A stretch of 64,000 bases of DNA from an uncultured Planctomycetales bacterium (GTDB taxonomy: Bacteria > Omnitrophota > Gorgyraeia > Gygaellales > Profunditerraquicolaceae), in contig CAZAPM010000002.1 in NCBI GenBank assembly GCA_964487475.1, forward strand, positions 1-64,000, in the 5' to 3' direction. Under the pieces are notes generated by a model. It did no database searches. It saw only the letters and a program-made list of their open reading frames with translations, and had not been told where the DNA came from. Position 1 is the first letter of the stretch. Every line of letters starts with the position of its first letter. This document shows positions 29,124-38,463 of this stretch, piece by piece. Position numbers and translations under genes: made by a program.

Positions 29124-30951
29124 CGGGCGCGTTGGTCTCGGTGACATTCTCCGCAGCCGGGGCATCGGCCCGGGGCGCTTCCGCCGGCTTTTCCGCTGCC
29201 GGCTCGGCCACCGCAGGCGCCGCGACCGGAGCCGGAGGAAGCTTTTTGAACAGCAGCAGCTCGACGGAATACGGCTCCACGGAAACGGTCTCGGTCCATC
29301 CCTGCGCGACTTCGATAGTCTTGGTCTCTGCCGCGGGCGTTTCACACGTGCCGGCGCAGCGGCTGTCTACGGTAACCCGCTCCACCTCATACGAACCGGC
29401 GGAAAGTTTTTTCAGCTCCAGGCGCACCGTACGGGGTGACGCCAGGGCCGATGCGGAAGATTTGCGCAGCGCAATGGCCTTCTTCAGCGTTTCCTTCACC
29501 CGGCCCGACGCGGCGATCTTGGCCAGAGGCACTCTTTCTTCCAGCACTTCGTTGAAGCGCTTGGTCCGGATCAGCGTCAGCATCTGATGCCGCTCCTTCT
29601 CGGAAAAAGCCCCGATCGCCCTGGTCACGTAATTGTTCACGATATCCGGATCGATGTAATTACTGATCAGCGCGGCATAGGAGTCTTCGCCCTTGGTCAC
29701 CAGTACCCGGACGAACTCATCCTCCGCCTGCAGCGAAGCCGGATAGAGCAAAGGCTTGAGCCTCTCGAGCATGCGCATGACCGCATACCCCGCTTTCGGG
29801 ACGGGAGGCTTCGTGACATCGGGAGAGAAACGGAACAACCCGACGTTGCGTACCACCCCTTCATCCGGGGCCTGAAAATCCTCGAGCGCGAAATAGACCG
29901 CCTGATCGATCCCGGCTTTATGCATGAAGGAAAGCCGCGCGGGGATGTAGCTGGCTGCCACCTGCGCCTTCTCCCCCCGGCCCGGGGAATTGTTCGCTCC
30001 GCAATCGTAGTTCCACTCCTCGACGATCAGGGGGATGCGCGTATCCATGCGGAAATAACGCAGCCAGTCCCGGATCAGTCCCACCGAAGTCTTGCGGTAC
30101 ATGGTCTGTGCCAGCTCGGCCTGCGGGTCGCTGGAGTAAGCATGCCAGCTGATGAAGTCCAGGGGAAGATGATACCGGTAGCAATACCATATCAGCTGGT
30201 ACACCAGGCTGCGCTCCGGCACGGCGACGGTGTTGCCGTCGAAATTCTGGAACCACCAGCTGCTGCCGGGGCCGCCGATAGGAATGTGCATTCCGGTCTC
30301 TGCTTCCAGCTCCTGCACCGCTTCTGCCGCCATGCGGTACATGAGCAGATACTCCTGCCTGCGGCCGAGGAAAAAGTCGTCTAAGTCCGGGGCGCTCCAG
30401 ACCTGATACCACACCCGCAATTTCCGCTCGCAGCTGAGCTTGCGGATCACCCGCTTGACCAGCGCCTTATACTGCCGGGGATCTGCGGGAGGGCTTTTCT
30501 TGTCCCGGATACGTCCGGTGCCGGTAGGAGTCCCGAAAAGATTGACCAGTACCGTGCCCCCGGCATCGGAAACGCTCTTGATGACGCCGGCATACGTCTC
30601 CTCCAGCCCGGCGGGCGATTCCAGCACCTTCTTTTTTCCCCGTACCGGGGCCTGCGCCGGCTGAAAGATCTCCCAAAGATTATACTGCAGACGGTAGAGA
30701 CGCCCCGTACCCACTTCCTTCTGCCAGCGGTCGATGGTCTCTTTTCCCGCGAGCGACTGAGGCCACTCCTTGCCGGAGGAAACTCCCCGCCCTCCCAGAT
30801 CCACGTTGGCGCGCAGCAGGGAAGGCAAGGGCACGGCCGCAGAAGTGACGTCCACGGAAACCGTCAACTCCCCGTCCTGCGCCTGCAGCGTTCCCGCGCT
30901 CCAAAGCAGCAGTGCGCCTATGATCCCCGCCTTTATCGCTCCGTAACTCAT
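29110..30951 (-). CDS. Secreted GH39-like (clan GH-A) glycoside hydrolase homolog
   Basis: Signal peptide; YQVWSAPD (WNEP position), IGGPG, PLDFISWHAY, LIVEEWN, VGL; Pro/Ala/Glu-rich tail. Confidence 0.7.
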   Translation of the reverse strand: MSYGAIKAGIIGALLLWSAGTLQAQDGELTVSVDVTSAAVPLPSLLRANVDLGGRGVSSGKEWPQSLAGKETIDRWQKEVGTGRLYRLQYNLWEIFQPAQAPVRGKKKVLESPAGLEETYAGVIKSVSDAGGTVLVNLFGTPTGTGRIRDKKSPPADPRQYKALVKRVIRKLSCERKLRVWYQVWSAPDLDDFFLGRRQEYLLMYRMAAEAVQELEAETGMHIPIGGPGSSWWFQNFDGNTVAVPERSLVYQLIWYCYRYHLPLDFISWHAYSSDPQAELAQTMYRKTSVGLIRDWLRYFRMDTRIPLIVEEWNYDCGANNSPGRGEKAQVAASYIPARLSFMHKAGIDQAVYFALEDFQAPDEGVVRNVGLFRFSPDVTKPPVPKAGYAVMRMLERLKPLLYPASLQAEDEFVRVLVTKGEDSYAALISNYIDPDIVNNYVTRAIGAFSEKERHQMLTLIRTKRFNEVLEERVPLAKIAASGRVKETLKKAIALRKSSASALASPRTVRLELKKLSAGSYEVERVTVDSRCAGTCETPAAETKTIEVAQGWTETVSVEPYSVELLLFKKLPPAPVAAPAVAEPAAEKPAEAPRADAPAAENVTETNAPDETR

Positions 30952-31742
30952 GTTTTTTTTCTCTGTATCCGCACGATGGAGACCGCGTTGCCCGTCTCCG
31001 GGGATATCTCCACCACCGCTCCGTGCAACTGTACGTCTTCGCGGGCCACCTCGAATTTTTTCGGCACGCCGCTCAGGAACTTGGAAAGCACCGGCTCGAT
31101 CTCCCGGCCGATCACCGAACGGTACGGACCGGTCATCCCGGCATCCGAAAGGTACGCCGTACCCAGAGGCAATATCTTTTCGTCCGCGGTCTGGATATGG
31201 GTGTGGCTTCCCAGGACCGCCGACACTTTGCCGTCAAGCAACCAGCCCATGGCCACCTTCTCCGAGGTCGCTTCCGCGTGCATATCCACCACGATACACC
31301 TGGTCTGGGTTTTAAGCGCTTCCGCTGCGGCGAGCGCGGCCTTGAAAGGGCACTCCAGCGCCTCCATGAACACCCGCCCCTGCACGTTGACCACTCCCAG
31401 TTTCTTGCCTTCGCGGGAAAGATACACCCCCGTTCCCTTGCCCGGGGCCACGGAGGGGAAATTCGCCGGACGCAGGATCCTCGGGTCCTTATCGATCACT
31501 TCCAGGATCTCGGCCTTCTTCCAGATATGGTCGCCTGAAGTGAGCACGTCCACTCCGGCGTCAAAAAGCTCGTCCGCAAGCCGGGGGATGATCCCCGAGC
31601 CTGCGGCCGCATTCTCTGCATTGGCGATCACGAAGTCCAGCCGGTATTCTTCGCGCAGTGAAGGCACTAAAGCCTTGACCGCATCCCGTCCCGGGCTGCC
31701 GACGATATCGCCGATAAAAAGCACCCTCAGGTTATTTGGCAT
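30948..31742 (-). CDS. ymdB: YmdB-family metallophosphoesterase
   Basis: [36 protein letters not shown]. Confidence 0.93.
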   Translation of the reverse strand: MPNNLRVLFIGDIVGSPGRDAVKALVPSLREEYRLDFVIANAENAAAGSGIIPRLADELFDAGVDVLTSGDHIWKKAEILEVIDKDPRILRPANFPSVAPGKGTGVYLSREGKKLGVVNVQGRVFMEALECPFKAALAAAEALKTQTRCIVVDMHAEATSEKVAMGWLLDGKVSAVLGSHTHIQTADEKILPLGTAYLSDAGMTGPYRSVIGREIEPVLSKFLSGVPKKFEVAREDVQLHGAVVEISPETGNAVSIVRIQRKKT

Positions 31743-33282
31743 ATTCGATCGCCCTGGTTTCCCTGATGACGCTTACCTTGATCTGTCCGGGATACTCCAT
31801 CCCCTCCTCGATCTTCTTCCTGATCTCGCGGGCCATGGATACCGCATCCGGATCGCTGATCTTTTCCGGCTGCACGATCACCCGGATCTCCCGGCCGGCC
31901 TGGATGGCATAGGATTTTTCCACGCCCTTGAAAAGATTGGCGATGGACTCCAGCTTCTCCAGCCGTTTGACGTAAGTTTCCAGCGTTTCGCGGCGGGCAC
32001 CGGGCCGGGTCGCGCTGATGGCGTCAGCCGCCACCGCCAGCACGGCATACACCGTGCTCTGCTCGACCTCTTCGTGGTGCGCCTCGATCGCCGTGATCAC
32101 ATCCTGTGGTTCTCCGTACTTGCGGGCCAGGTCGGCGCCTAATTTCGCGTGCGTGCCTTCGACCTGATGATCGACCGCCTTGCCGATGTCATGCAGCAAA
32201 CCGACCCGGCGGGCGAGCTTGAAATCCAGCCCCATTTCGGAGGCCATCACTCCCAGCAGGAAAGAGACCTCTTTGGAGTGCTGCAGCGCATTCTGCCCGA
32301 AGCTGGTGCGGTATTTCAAGCGGCCCAGCAGTTTGACGATCTCGGGATGGAGTCCGTTGATTCCCGACTCGAAGGCGGCTTTCTCCCCCTCTTCCTTGAT
32401 CTTCTCGTCCATATCCTTCTTGGCCTTCTCCACCACTTCCTCGATCCGGCCCGGATGGATACGGCCGTCGCCGATGAGCTTCTCTAAGGCCATGCGCGCG
32501 ATCTCCCGGCGCACGGTATCGAACGCGGAAAGGGTCACCGCCTCCGGGGTATCATCGATGATCACGTCCACCCCCGTGGCCATTTCGAAAGCCCGGATAT
32601 TGCGTCCTTCCCGGCCGATCACCCGTCCCTTCATCTCGTCGTTGGGCAGATTGACCACGCTCACCGTGGTCTCCACCGTATGCTCTGCGGCGCAGCGCTG
32701 GATGGAAAGGCTGATGATCTCGCGCGCCTTCTTGTCCGCGGTCTGGTGCAGGTCCTCTTCCTGTTTCTTGATCAATGCCGCTTTTTCCGTCACCAGCTCT
32801 TCATTCAAACGGGAAAGCAGGATATGTTTCGCCTCTTCCGCGGAGAGGGAGGAGATCTTCTGCAGACGCTCTTTTTCCTCTGCGATGAGGGAATGCAGGT
32901 GCGCATCCTTGGCCTTCAGCGCATCCTCCTGTTTTCTCACCTCCGACTGTTTGAACTCGATCTCTTTCTCTTTTTTCTCCAAAAGGTCGAGCCGGCGGTC
33001 GATGTTCTCTTCCTTCTGCGTCAGGCGTTTTTCCAGATTCGAGATCTCCTGGCGCCTGTCCTGGGTGGAGCGGTCGAAATCCTGGCGCATCCTGTAAAGG
33101 AGGTCCTTGGCTTCGAGTTCCGCCTCCCGGTGCTTATCCTGCGCTTCGCGCTTGGCCTGGGCAAGGATCTGCTGTGCCTTAGCCTCCGCGTCCTGGACCT
33201 TCTTTTCGGCAATCAGTTTTCTTACCAGATACCCGGCTGCCGCAGAAAGCACCGCGGCTCCGGCAATAATCGCAGCTATCAT
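31732..33282 (-). CDS. rny: Ribonuclease Y
   Basis: N-terminal TM, coiled coil, KH ([13 protein letters not shown]) and HD (LLHDIGK) domains. Confidence 0.97.
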   Translation of the reverse strand: MIAAIIAGAAVLSAAAGYLVRKLIAEKKVQDAEAKAQQILAQAKREAQDKHREAELEAKDLLYRMRQDFDRSTQDRRQEISNLEKRLTQKEENIDRRLDLLEKKEKEIEFKQSEVRKQEDALKAKDAHLHSLIAEEKERLQKISSLSAEEAKHILLSRLNEELVTEKAALIKKQEEDLHQTADKKAREIISLSIQRCAAEHTVETTVSVVNLPNDEMKGRVIGREGRNIRAFEMATGVDVIIDDTPEAVTLSAFDTVRREIARMALEKLIGDGRIHPGRIEEVVEKAKKDMDEKIKEEGEKAAFESGINGLHPEIVKLLGRLKYRTSFGQNALQHSKEVSFLLGVMASEMGLDFKLARRVGLLHDIGKAVDHQVEGTHAKLGADLARKYGEPQDVITAIEAHHEEVEQSTVYAVLAVAADAISATRPGARRETLETYVKRLEKLESIANLFKGVEKSYAIQAGREIRVIVQPEKISDPDAVSMAREIRKKIEEGMEYPGQIKVSVIRETRAIEYAK

Positions 33283-33392
33283 GGGTGTCCAACCTCCTTC
33301 TGAAAAACATCGCCGCCGCGGAACGGAATATCCGGACGGGGATGATATATACCGGCGCGCAGGCTACGGCCTGCAGCCGGTACGGCCTAAGA

Positions 33393-33947
33393 TCAGGCGA
33401 AAAGGACTTCTTTGACGCGCATGTCGCGCATTGTGGCGGGAATCACAGGCAGAACTTGAAAGTCGAACGCAAGACCGATAGCCGGAACATCGGGCGAAAT
33501 ACGCCTCAGAAAACGGTCATAACACCCCTTGCCGCGGCCAAGCCGGTTGCCGTCCTTGTCAAAGGCCAGCCCCGGAACGATCACTAATTCTATGTCTTTC
33601 AAGCGCATGCATTTTTTTACCGCGGGCTCGGGCACACCAAAAACCCCGCAGGAGAGCTTCGCTTCCTGCGGCATAAGACAGGGCTTGATCCTGCCCTGCG
33701 TGTCGCACCAGGGAACCGCGATACATTTGCCTAATGCCAATGCTTTTTCTATCATCTGCCTTGTCTCTACTTCCCCTCCAAACGCGATATAGAACATAAC
33801 GCGCTTCGCCTTTTTAAAAACACTTTTTCTAAACAGCTTGTGCATCACCGCGCTGCTTTTTGACTCCCGCTCTTCCTCCTTCTGGTTTTTGAGCATGTGC
33901 AACATTCTAACGCGTACCGCTTTTTTTGTCAACTTAGTGCCCGCCAT
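33393..33947 (-). CDS. 5-formyltetrahydrofolate cyclo-ligase
   Basis: VIVPGLAFD..G.RLGRGKG.YDR. Confidence 0.93.
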   Translation of the reverse strand: MAGTKLTKKAVRVRMLHMLKNQKEEERESKSSAVMHKLFRKSVFKKAKRVMFYIAFGGEVETRQMIEKALALGKCIAVPWCDTQGRIKPCLMPQEAKLSCGVFGVPEPAVKKCMRLKDIELVIVPGLAFDKDGNRLGRGKGCYDRFLRRISPDVPAIGLAFDFQVLPVIPATMRDMRVKEVLFA

Positions 33948-34142
33948 GACATCCGTGGATATCTTTTTTCGGCTCGAACGCGCTGGGNNNNNNNNNNNNN
34001 NNNNNNNNNNNNNNNNNNNNNNNNNNNNNNNNNNNNNNNNNNNNNNNNNNNNNNNNNNNNNNNNNNNNNNNNNNNNNNNNNNNNNNNCTTAGTGCCCGCC
34101 ATGACATCCGTGGATATCTTTTTTCGGCTCGAACGCGCTGGG
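33933..34142. other. 100-N scaffold gap with 55-bp duplicated flanks (probable assembly artefact)
   Basis: 33933-33987 is identical to 34088-34142. Confidence 0.9.
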
Positions 34143-34526
34143 GTCCTTGCCGATCTTGCGGTAATAATCCGCCAACGCGGAGCGCAACGCCTGCTCCGCC
34201 AGCACGGAACAGTGCAACTTCACCTCGGGCAGCCCGCCCAGCGCTTCCGCGACCGCCCGGTTGGTGATCCCTAACGCCTCGTCGATACTTTTACCCTTGA
34301 CCATCTCCGTCACCATGGAACTGGTGCTGATGGCTGCTCCGCACCCGAACGTCTTGAACTTGGCATCCGTGATCACCCCGTTCTCCACCTTCAGGTACAT
34401 GCGCATCACATCCCCGCACACGGGATTCCCGACCGTGCCGACCCCGCTGGCGTCGGGCATCTCCCCGACGTTGCGGGGGTTCAAAAAATGGTCCATCACT
34501 TTTTCGCTGTAATTAAGATCGCCCAT
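34089..34526 (-). CDS. iscU: Fe-S cluster scaffold IscU/NifU-N
   Basis: YSEKVMDHF.NPRN.G, GNPVCGD, FGCGAAI, KLHCS. Confidence 0.93.
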   Translation of the reverse strand: MGDLNYSEKVMDHFLNPRNVGEMPDASGVGTVGNPVCGDVMRMYLKVENGVITDAKFKTFGCGAAISTSSMVTEMVKGKSIDEALGITNRAVAEALGGLPEVKLHCSVLAEQALRSALADYYRKIGKDPSAFEPKKDIHGCHGGH

Positions 34527-34530
34527 AGAT

Positions 34531-35184
34531 TTACCTGGCCGCCTTGACCGACTGCGGCTTCGCTGTTTTTCTGTAGTTCCTGGGCCTGCGGATCTCTGAT
34601 AACTTCCTCAGCCCGTTATGTTTTTGCGCCTCGTTGAAGATCGTCACCCACGCACAATCCCGCTCTGCGTGCACCTCGCACTTTCCCTTGTTCACCCCGC
34701 CGCAGGGCCCGTTCAACAGCCCCTTGGGACAGAGCGTGACCGGACATATCCCTTGCGTCACCTCCAAAACACATTCGCCACAGAGGGAACACTTTTCCAG
34801 AAAATTCCCCTGCCCGTCGACTACGGCGCCGCATAAAGAATCATTGGCCGGAACGACCCTTTTTCCCGTCCGGTCGTTATCCTTGACCGCCTGTACGCCC
34901 AGCCCGCACGCCAGCACGATCACCGCGTCCGCCTCTCGCAACTGCGCCATATTCCTGGCCAGCTCCGATTTGATCTGCGCGGCCACACAGGGGGCTTTCG
35001 GAATGCAGGCGCCTGTCACGCGCTTTCCCTCCGCTTCCAGGGCTTTCCTGAGCGCCGCAACCGCAGCCTCTCCCCCGGTCCCGCAGGTAGTGGCGCATTC
35101 CCCGCACCCCACCAAAAAAACCGAAGCAGCGTCCTTTACGCTTTCCTTAATATCCGCAATGGCTTTCTGCGCTGTGATAATCAT
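34531..35184 (-). CDS. MetV-like Cys-rich protein (methylene-THF reductase C-terminal domain family)
   Basis: GCGECATTC.TGG, C..CGEC, CP...CPKGLLNGPCGG, CE....CAW. Confidence 0.82.
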   Translation of the reverse strand: MIITAQKAIADIKESVKDAASVFLVGCGECATTCGTGGEAAVAALRKALEAEGKRVTGACIPKAPCVAAQIKSELARNMAQLREADAVIVLACGLGVQAVKDNDRTGKRVVPANDSLCGAVVDGQGNFLEKCSLCGECVLEVTQGICPVTLCPKGLLNGPCGGVNKGKCEVHAERDCAWVTIFNEAQKHNGLRKLSEIRRPRNYRKTAKPQSVKAAR

Positions 35185-35229
35185 CTTTCAATCATTGTAC
35201 CATGCCTGAATTGCCACCTCAAGAAAAAG

Positions 35230-36954
35230 TTACACCCCTCCCGATGGTATTTTCTCGTACACCACGATGTTAGGGCCGGGCCGGAGGAACCCTTGAAAAC
35301 CGGTGAAGGGCATGAAAAAAGCGTCCTGAAGGTCGTACCAGTTCCCCTGCGCACCCAGGTCGATCCCCTGGAACGCGACCTTGAAACGGTAGGAGCTCTT
35401 TATGAGATCGGAAAAATCGGTCTCGTTCTTGCGGACAAACCATACCGGCCATCTTTGCACCACGATATACTGCGGCAGCCCCAGCTGCCTGCGGTCTTCA
35501 TAATAAAAAGCCTTCTCCCGGTCGTCATAGCTCCATTCGGCATACCCCTTGCGGCCCGTCTCCTCCAGGTAGTGGATCATCAGCTCCGCCTTCTTCCGGC
35601 CGAAAAGCTCTCCGCTGGCCCGCTTATGCTCAAGCTCCGCCTTCACATCCTGCAGCGGAGGCAGCAAGACCACCCGGCCCCAGTAATCCGCCTGATAAAA
35701 AGAGCTGGCTTCGGGAGCCTCCCGCTCGAACCACTCCGCGGCCATGACCCGGGTATCCTTACGCACCGCGAACTTGCCGAAAAGCACGACATTGCGCGCA
35801 GAATCGAACAGCACCACCGCCAGGATCGCGGCCAGCACCCCGTGCAGAAGACGCACCGGGACCCGGGGACGCAGCCTCTCCCGCGTCCAGACCGCCGCCA
35901 CGCCCGCCCCCAGGCAGAAGAACGGGATCACCGGGACCATGTAGCGGATGAACACGGCCGACCAGCTGCCCGAGCTTAAATAGTACACGACGGGGAATAT
36001 CCCCCACACCAGAAAAGTCCGCCAGTCGCGGCGCGCGCTCACCAGCACGCCCCAGGCCGAAAACGCGAAAAGCAGCGGCCCCAGACCCACAGGAAGCGTA
36101 TGGCGCAAATGATAGAACCATCCCTTCCCCAGATACACCTGATGCGGGATGAACCTGCTCATCAGCACAGTCTGCACGTCGTTGAGGAAAAGCCGGGGAT
36201 CGATCAGGGCATACGGGGACGCCGCGAAGAAGCCGACAGCCGCCGCCAGCGCCGCGGAAGTAAGCCTGCCATCGATGTAGCCGCGGGACCCATGCGCATG
36301 CTCGCTGCGCAGCCGCAGCAGATGCGCCCAGCACAGCGGCAGCGCCATCAACACCCCGGGATACTTCGTCGAGGCCGCCAGGCCGGTAAAAAGGCCTGCC
36401 AGCAGGTACTGTTTCCTCAAACCCGTATCCAGCGCGCGGAACACGAAATACTGCGCGGCCAGGATGAAGAACCCCATCGGCACGTCCGTGGTCCCGAAAT
36501 GCGAGTCCCGCACATGCAGATACGCCAGGGACAGGCACAGCGCCGAGACCAGGCCGGAGAAAGTCCCCGCGATACGGCGGCCGATAAGGTAGACCAGATA
36601 CACCGACCCCGCGCCGAGACACGCGCTGGCCGCCCGTGAAAGAAGATAGAACTGCCCGGGAGCGACGATGAACTCCCGCATGAAATCATAGATACTCTTG
36701 AAATGCCCGGTCAGCAGTCCGGCGAGGTAATACAACCCGTATACCGCCAGCACCAGATAACGGAACAGCGAAGGATAGATGAAATCGAACGGCTTGAGCC
36801 AGCGCAATGGGGACGTGGCGATGGACACCACCCAATCCTCGTCGGGACGGCACTGGTACTGCGGAAGGCCGAACCAGATGCCCCATAACCGTACCCCCAG
36901 CCCGAGGGCAAGTATGCCGGCCAGGATCAATGTGATCCGCGTTTCCTTTTTCAT
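35230..36954 (-). CDS. GT-C fold (ArnT/PMT-like) membrane glycosyltransferase
   Basis: First TM followed by RPDE motif, HVRDSHF..TD, GLAASTKY, multiple TMs, RY. Confidence 0.8.
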   Translation of the reverse strand: MKKETRITLILAGILALGLGVRLWGIWFGLPQYQCRPDEDWVVSIATSPLRWLKPFDFIYPSLFRYLVLAVYGLYYLAGLLTGHFKSIYDFMREFIVAPGQFYLLSRAASACLGAGSVYLVYLIGRRIAGTFSGLVSALCLSLAYLHVRDSHFGTTDVPMGFFILAAQYFVFRALDTGLRKQYLLAGLFTGLAASTKYPGVLMALPLCWAHLLRLRSEHAHGSRGYIDGRLTSAALAAAVGFFAASPYALIDPRLFLNDVQTVLMSRFIPHQVYLGKGWFYHLRHTLPVGLGPLLFAFSAWGVLVSARRDWRTFLVWGIFPVVYYLSSGSWSAVFIRYMVPVIPFFCLGAGVAAVWTRERLRPRVPVRLLHGVLAAILAVVLFDSARNVVLFGKFAVRKDTRVMAAEWFEREAPEASSFYQADYWGRVVLLPPLQDVKAELEHKRASGELFGRKKAELMIHYLEETGRKGYAEWSYDDREKAFYYEDRRQLGLPQYIVVQRWPVWFVRKNETDFSDLIKSSYRFKVAFQGIDLGAQGNWYDLQDAFFMPFTGFQGFLRPGPNIVVYEKIPSGGV

Positions 36955-38246
36955 CCTTCCTCCTTGAGCTCCTTCTTGATCTCTTCCAGGCGCTTCTTTA
37001 TCTTCGCCTCGTGCCCCAGCCCGGAAGGCTCGTAATATTTGACCGGCTGCCCCGTATACTGCTGCGGCACGTAATGCCCCGAAAAATCATGCGCGTACTT
37101 GTACCCCTTGCCGTGGCCGAGATCCTGCGCCCCCTTATACGAGGTATCCTTAAGATGGTCCGGGACCTCCTGCACCCTTTTCTGCGCGATATCCTCCGTC
37201 GCCTTATCGATCGCCAGATAGGACGCGTTGGACTTGGGCGCGCAGGCGACGTAGATGGCGGCCTGCGCCAGCGGTATGCGGGCCTCCGGCATGCCGACGA
37301 ACTCGGAGATGCCCAGCGCCGCATGTGCCAGCACCAGCGCCAGCGGATCGGCGTTGCCCACGTCCTCCGCCGCGCAGATGCATATCCTTCTGGCGACGAA
37401 CCGGGGGTCCTCCCCCGCATAAAGCATCTTGGCCATCCAGTAGATCGCGGCATCGGGGTCGCTTCCCCGCATGGACTTGATGAACGCGGAAGCGGTATCG
37501 TAATGCGCGTCCTCGTCACGGTCGTACACCACCGGCTTCTTCTGCAGCGATTCCGCGGCGATCTCCAGGGTAATGACTACCTCTCCCCGTGTATCCGCCG
37601 GGGTGGTCAGTGCGGCGATCTCCAGCGCCGAAAGCGCACGCCGGGCGTCCCCCTGGCAGGCCTGCGCCAGCAAACCCATCGCGTCGGGATCCACCCGCAC
37701 TCTGGTTTTGCCCAGCCCCTTCTCGGCATCTCCCAGCGCGCGCTGCAGTATCCCGGTGATCTCTTCCGGCGAAAGCGCCTTGAGCTCGCAGACGATGGAG
37801 CGGGAAAGCAGCGGGGCGGCGATGGAAAAATACGGATTATGCACGGTCGCCCCGATAAGGATGGGGTTACCCTGCTCGACGTCGGGAAGCAGCACGTCCT
37901 GCTGCGCTTTGTTGAACCGGTGGAGCTCGTCTATGAAAAGGATGGTCTTGACCCCATGGGAGGAGTAGTGCGCCTTAGCCTGCGCGAGCGCGGCGCGCAC
38001 CTGCTGCACGTTGGAAGTGGTGGCGTTGAGGGAAACGAATTCCCTGCGGGAACTTTGGGCGATACAGGCGGCCAGCGAAGTCTTTCCCGTGCCGGGAGGG
38101 CCGAAGAGCACCAGGGAGGTGATCCGGTCGGCTTCGATGGCGCGGCGCAGCAGCTTGCCCTTTCCCAATACATGCTCCTGGCCGGCATATTCCTGCAAAG
38201 ACTGCGGCCGCATCCTGACTGCGAGAGGAGAATCGTTATTGGGCAT
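36951..38246 (-). CDS. rarA: Replication-associated recombination protein A
   Basis: PLA.RMRP, GPPGTGKT, DE.HRFNK.QQD, SAFIKSMRGSDPDA, EDVGNADP. Confidence 0.96.
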   Translation of the reverse strand: MPNNDSPLAVRMRPQSLQEYAGQEHVLGKGKLLRRAIEADRITSLVLFGPPGTGKTSLAACIAQSSRREFVSLNATTSNVQQVRAALAQAKAHYSSHGVKTILFIDELHRFNKAQQDVLLPDVEQGNPILIGATVHNPYFSIAAPLLSRSIVCELKALSPEEITGILQRALGDAEKGLGKTRVRVDPDAMGLLAQACQGDARRALSALEIAALTTPADTRGEVVITLEIAAESLQKKPVVYDRDEDAHYDTASAFIKSMRGSDPDAAIYWMAKMLYAGEDPRFVARRICICAAEDVGNADPLALVLAHAALGISEFVGMPEARIPLAQAAIYVACAPKSNASYLAIDKATEDIAQKRVQEVPDHLKDTSYKGAQDLGHGKGYKYAHDFSGHYVPQQYTGQPVKYYEPSGLGHEAKIKKRLEEIKKELKEEG

Positions 38247-38252
38247 AAAAAA

Positions 38253-38408
38253 AATCCCCGCACTGTGCCGTTGGTTTGATGGGCAGTGAACCTTTCGGTT
38301 ACACGTGGGTGCCCTGTTACCTGCGCCTAAGCGCCTGTAAAGACGGGCTCCCTTTAGTATGGTGTTGGCTCACCAATCATCAAACGAGCAACGAGCACGG
38401 CAGGGAAT
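38253..38408 (-). ncRNA. ssrS: 6S RNA
   Basis: Long hairpin with closing stem TTCCCTGC...GCGGGGA, inner arms TTTGATG/CATCAAA and GTGAGCC/GGTTCAC, central bubble with GGGAGCC and CACCCAC; canonical position downstream of pheT. Confidence 0.85.
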
Positions 38409-38434
38409 GTAAAGAACGTTAATACAGTATCCAT

Positions 38435-38463
38435 AGTATACCACACCGTGTGTATGCTGTCAA
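38435..38463 (-). promoter_or_regulatory. Strong sigma70 promoter for 6S RNA
   Basis: TTGACA(38463-38458)-17 bp-TATACT(38440-38435), preceded by TG. Confidence 0.85.

Noticed and set aside
33283..33392. Hairpin TACCGGC..GCAGGC-CGTA-GCCTGC..GCCGGTA before rny as 6S RNA or terminator
   Set aside because: Too short for 6S, which is found at 38253-38408, and lacks a U tail; function unsupported
33933..34142. 55-bp direct repeat as a biological att site or target duplication
   Set aside because: Both copies end exactly at the N-run edges, which fits an assembly overlap
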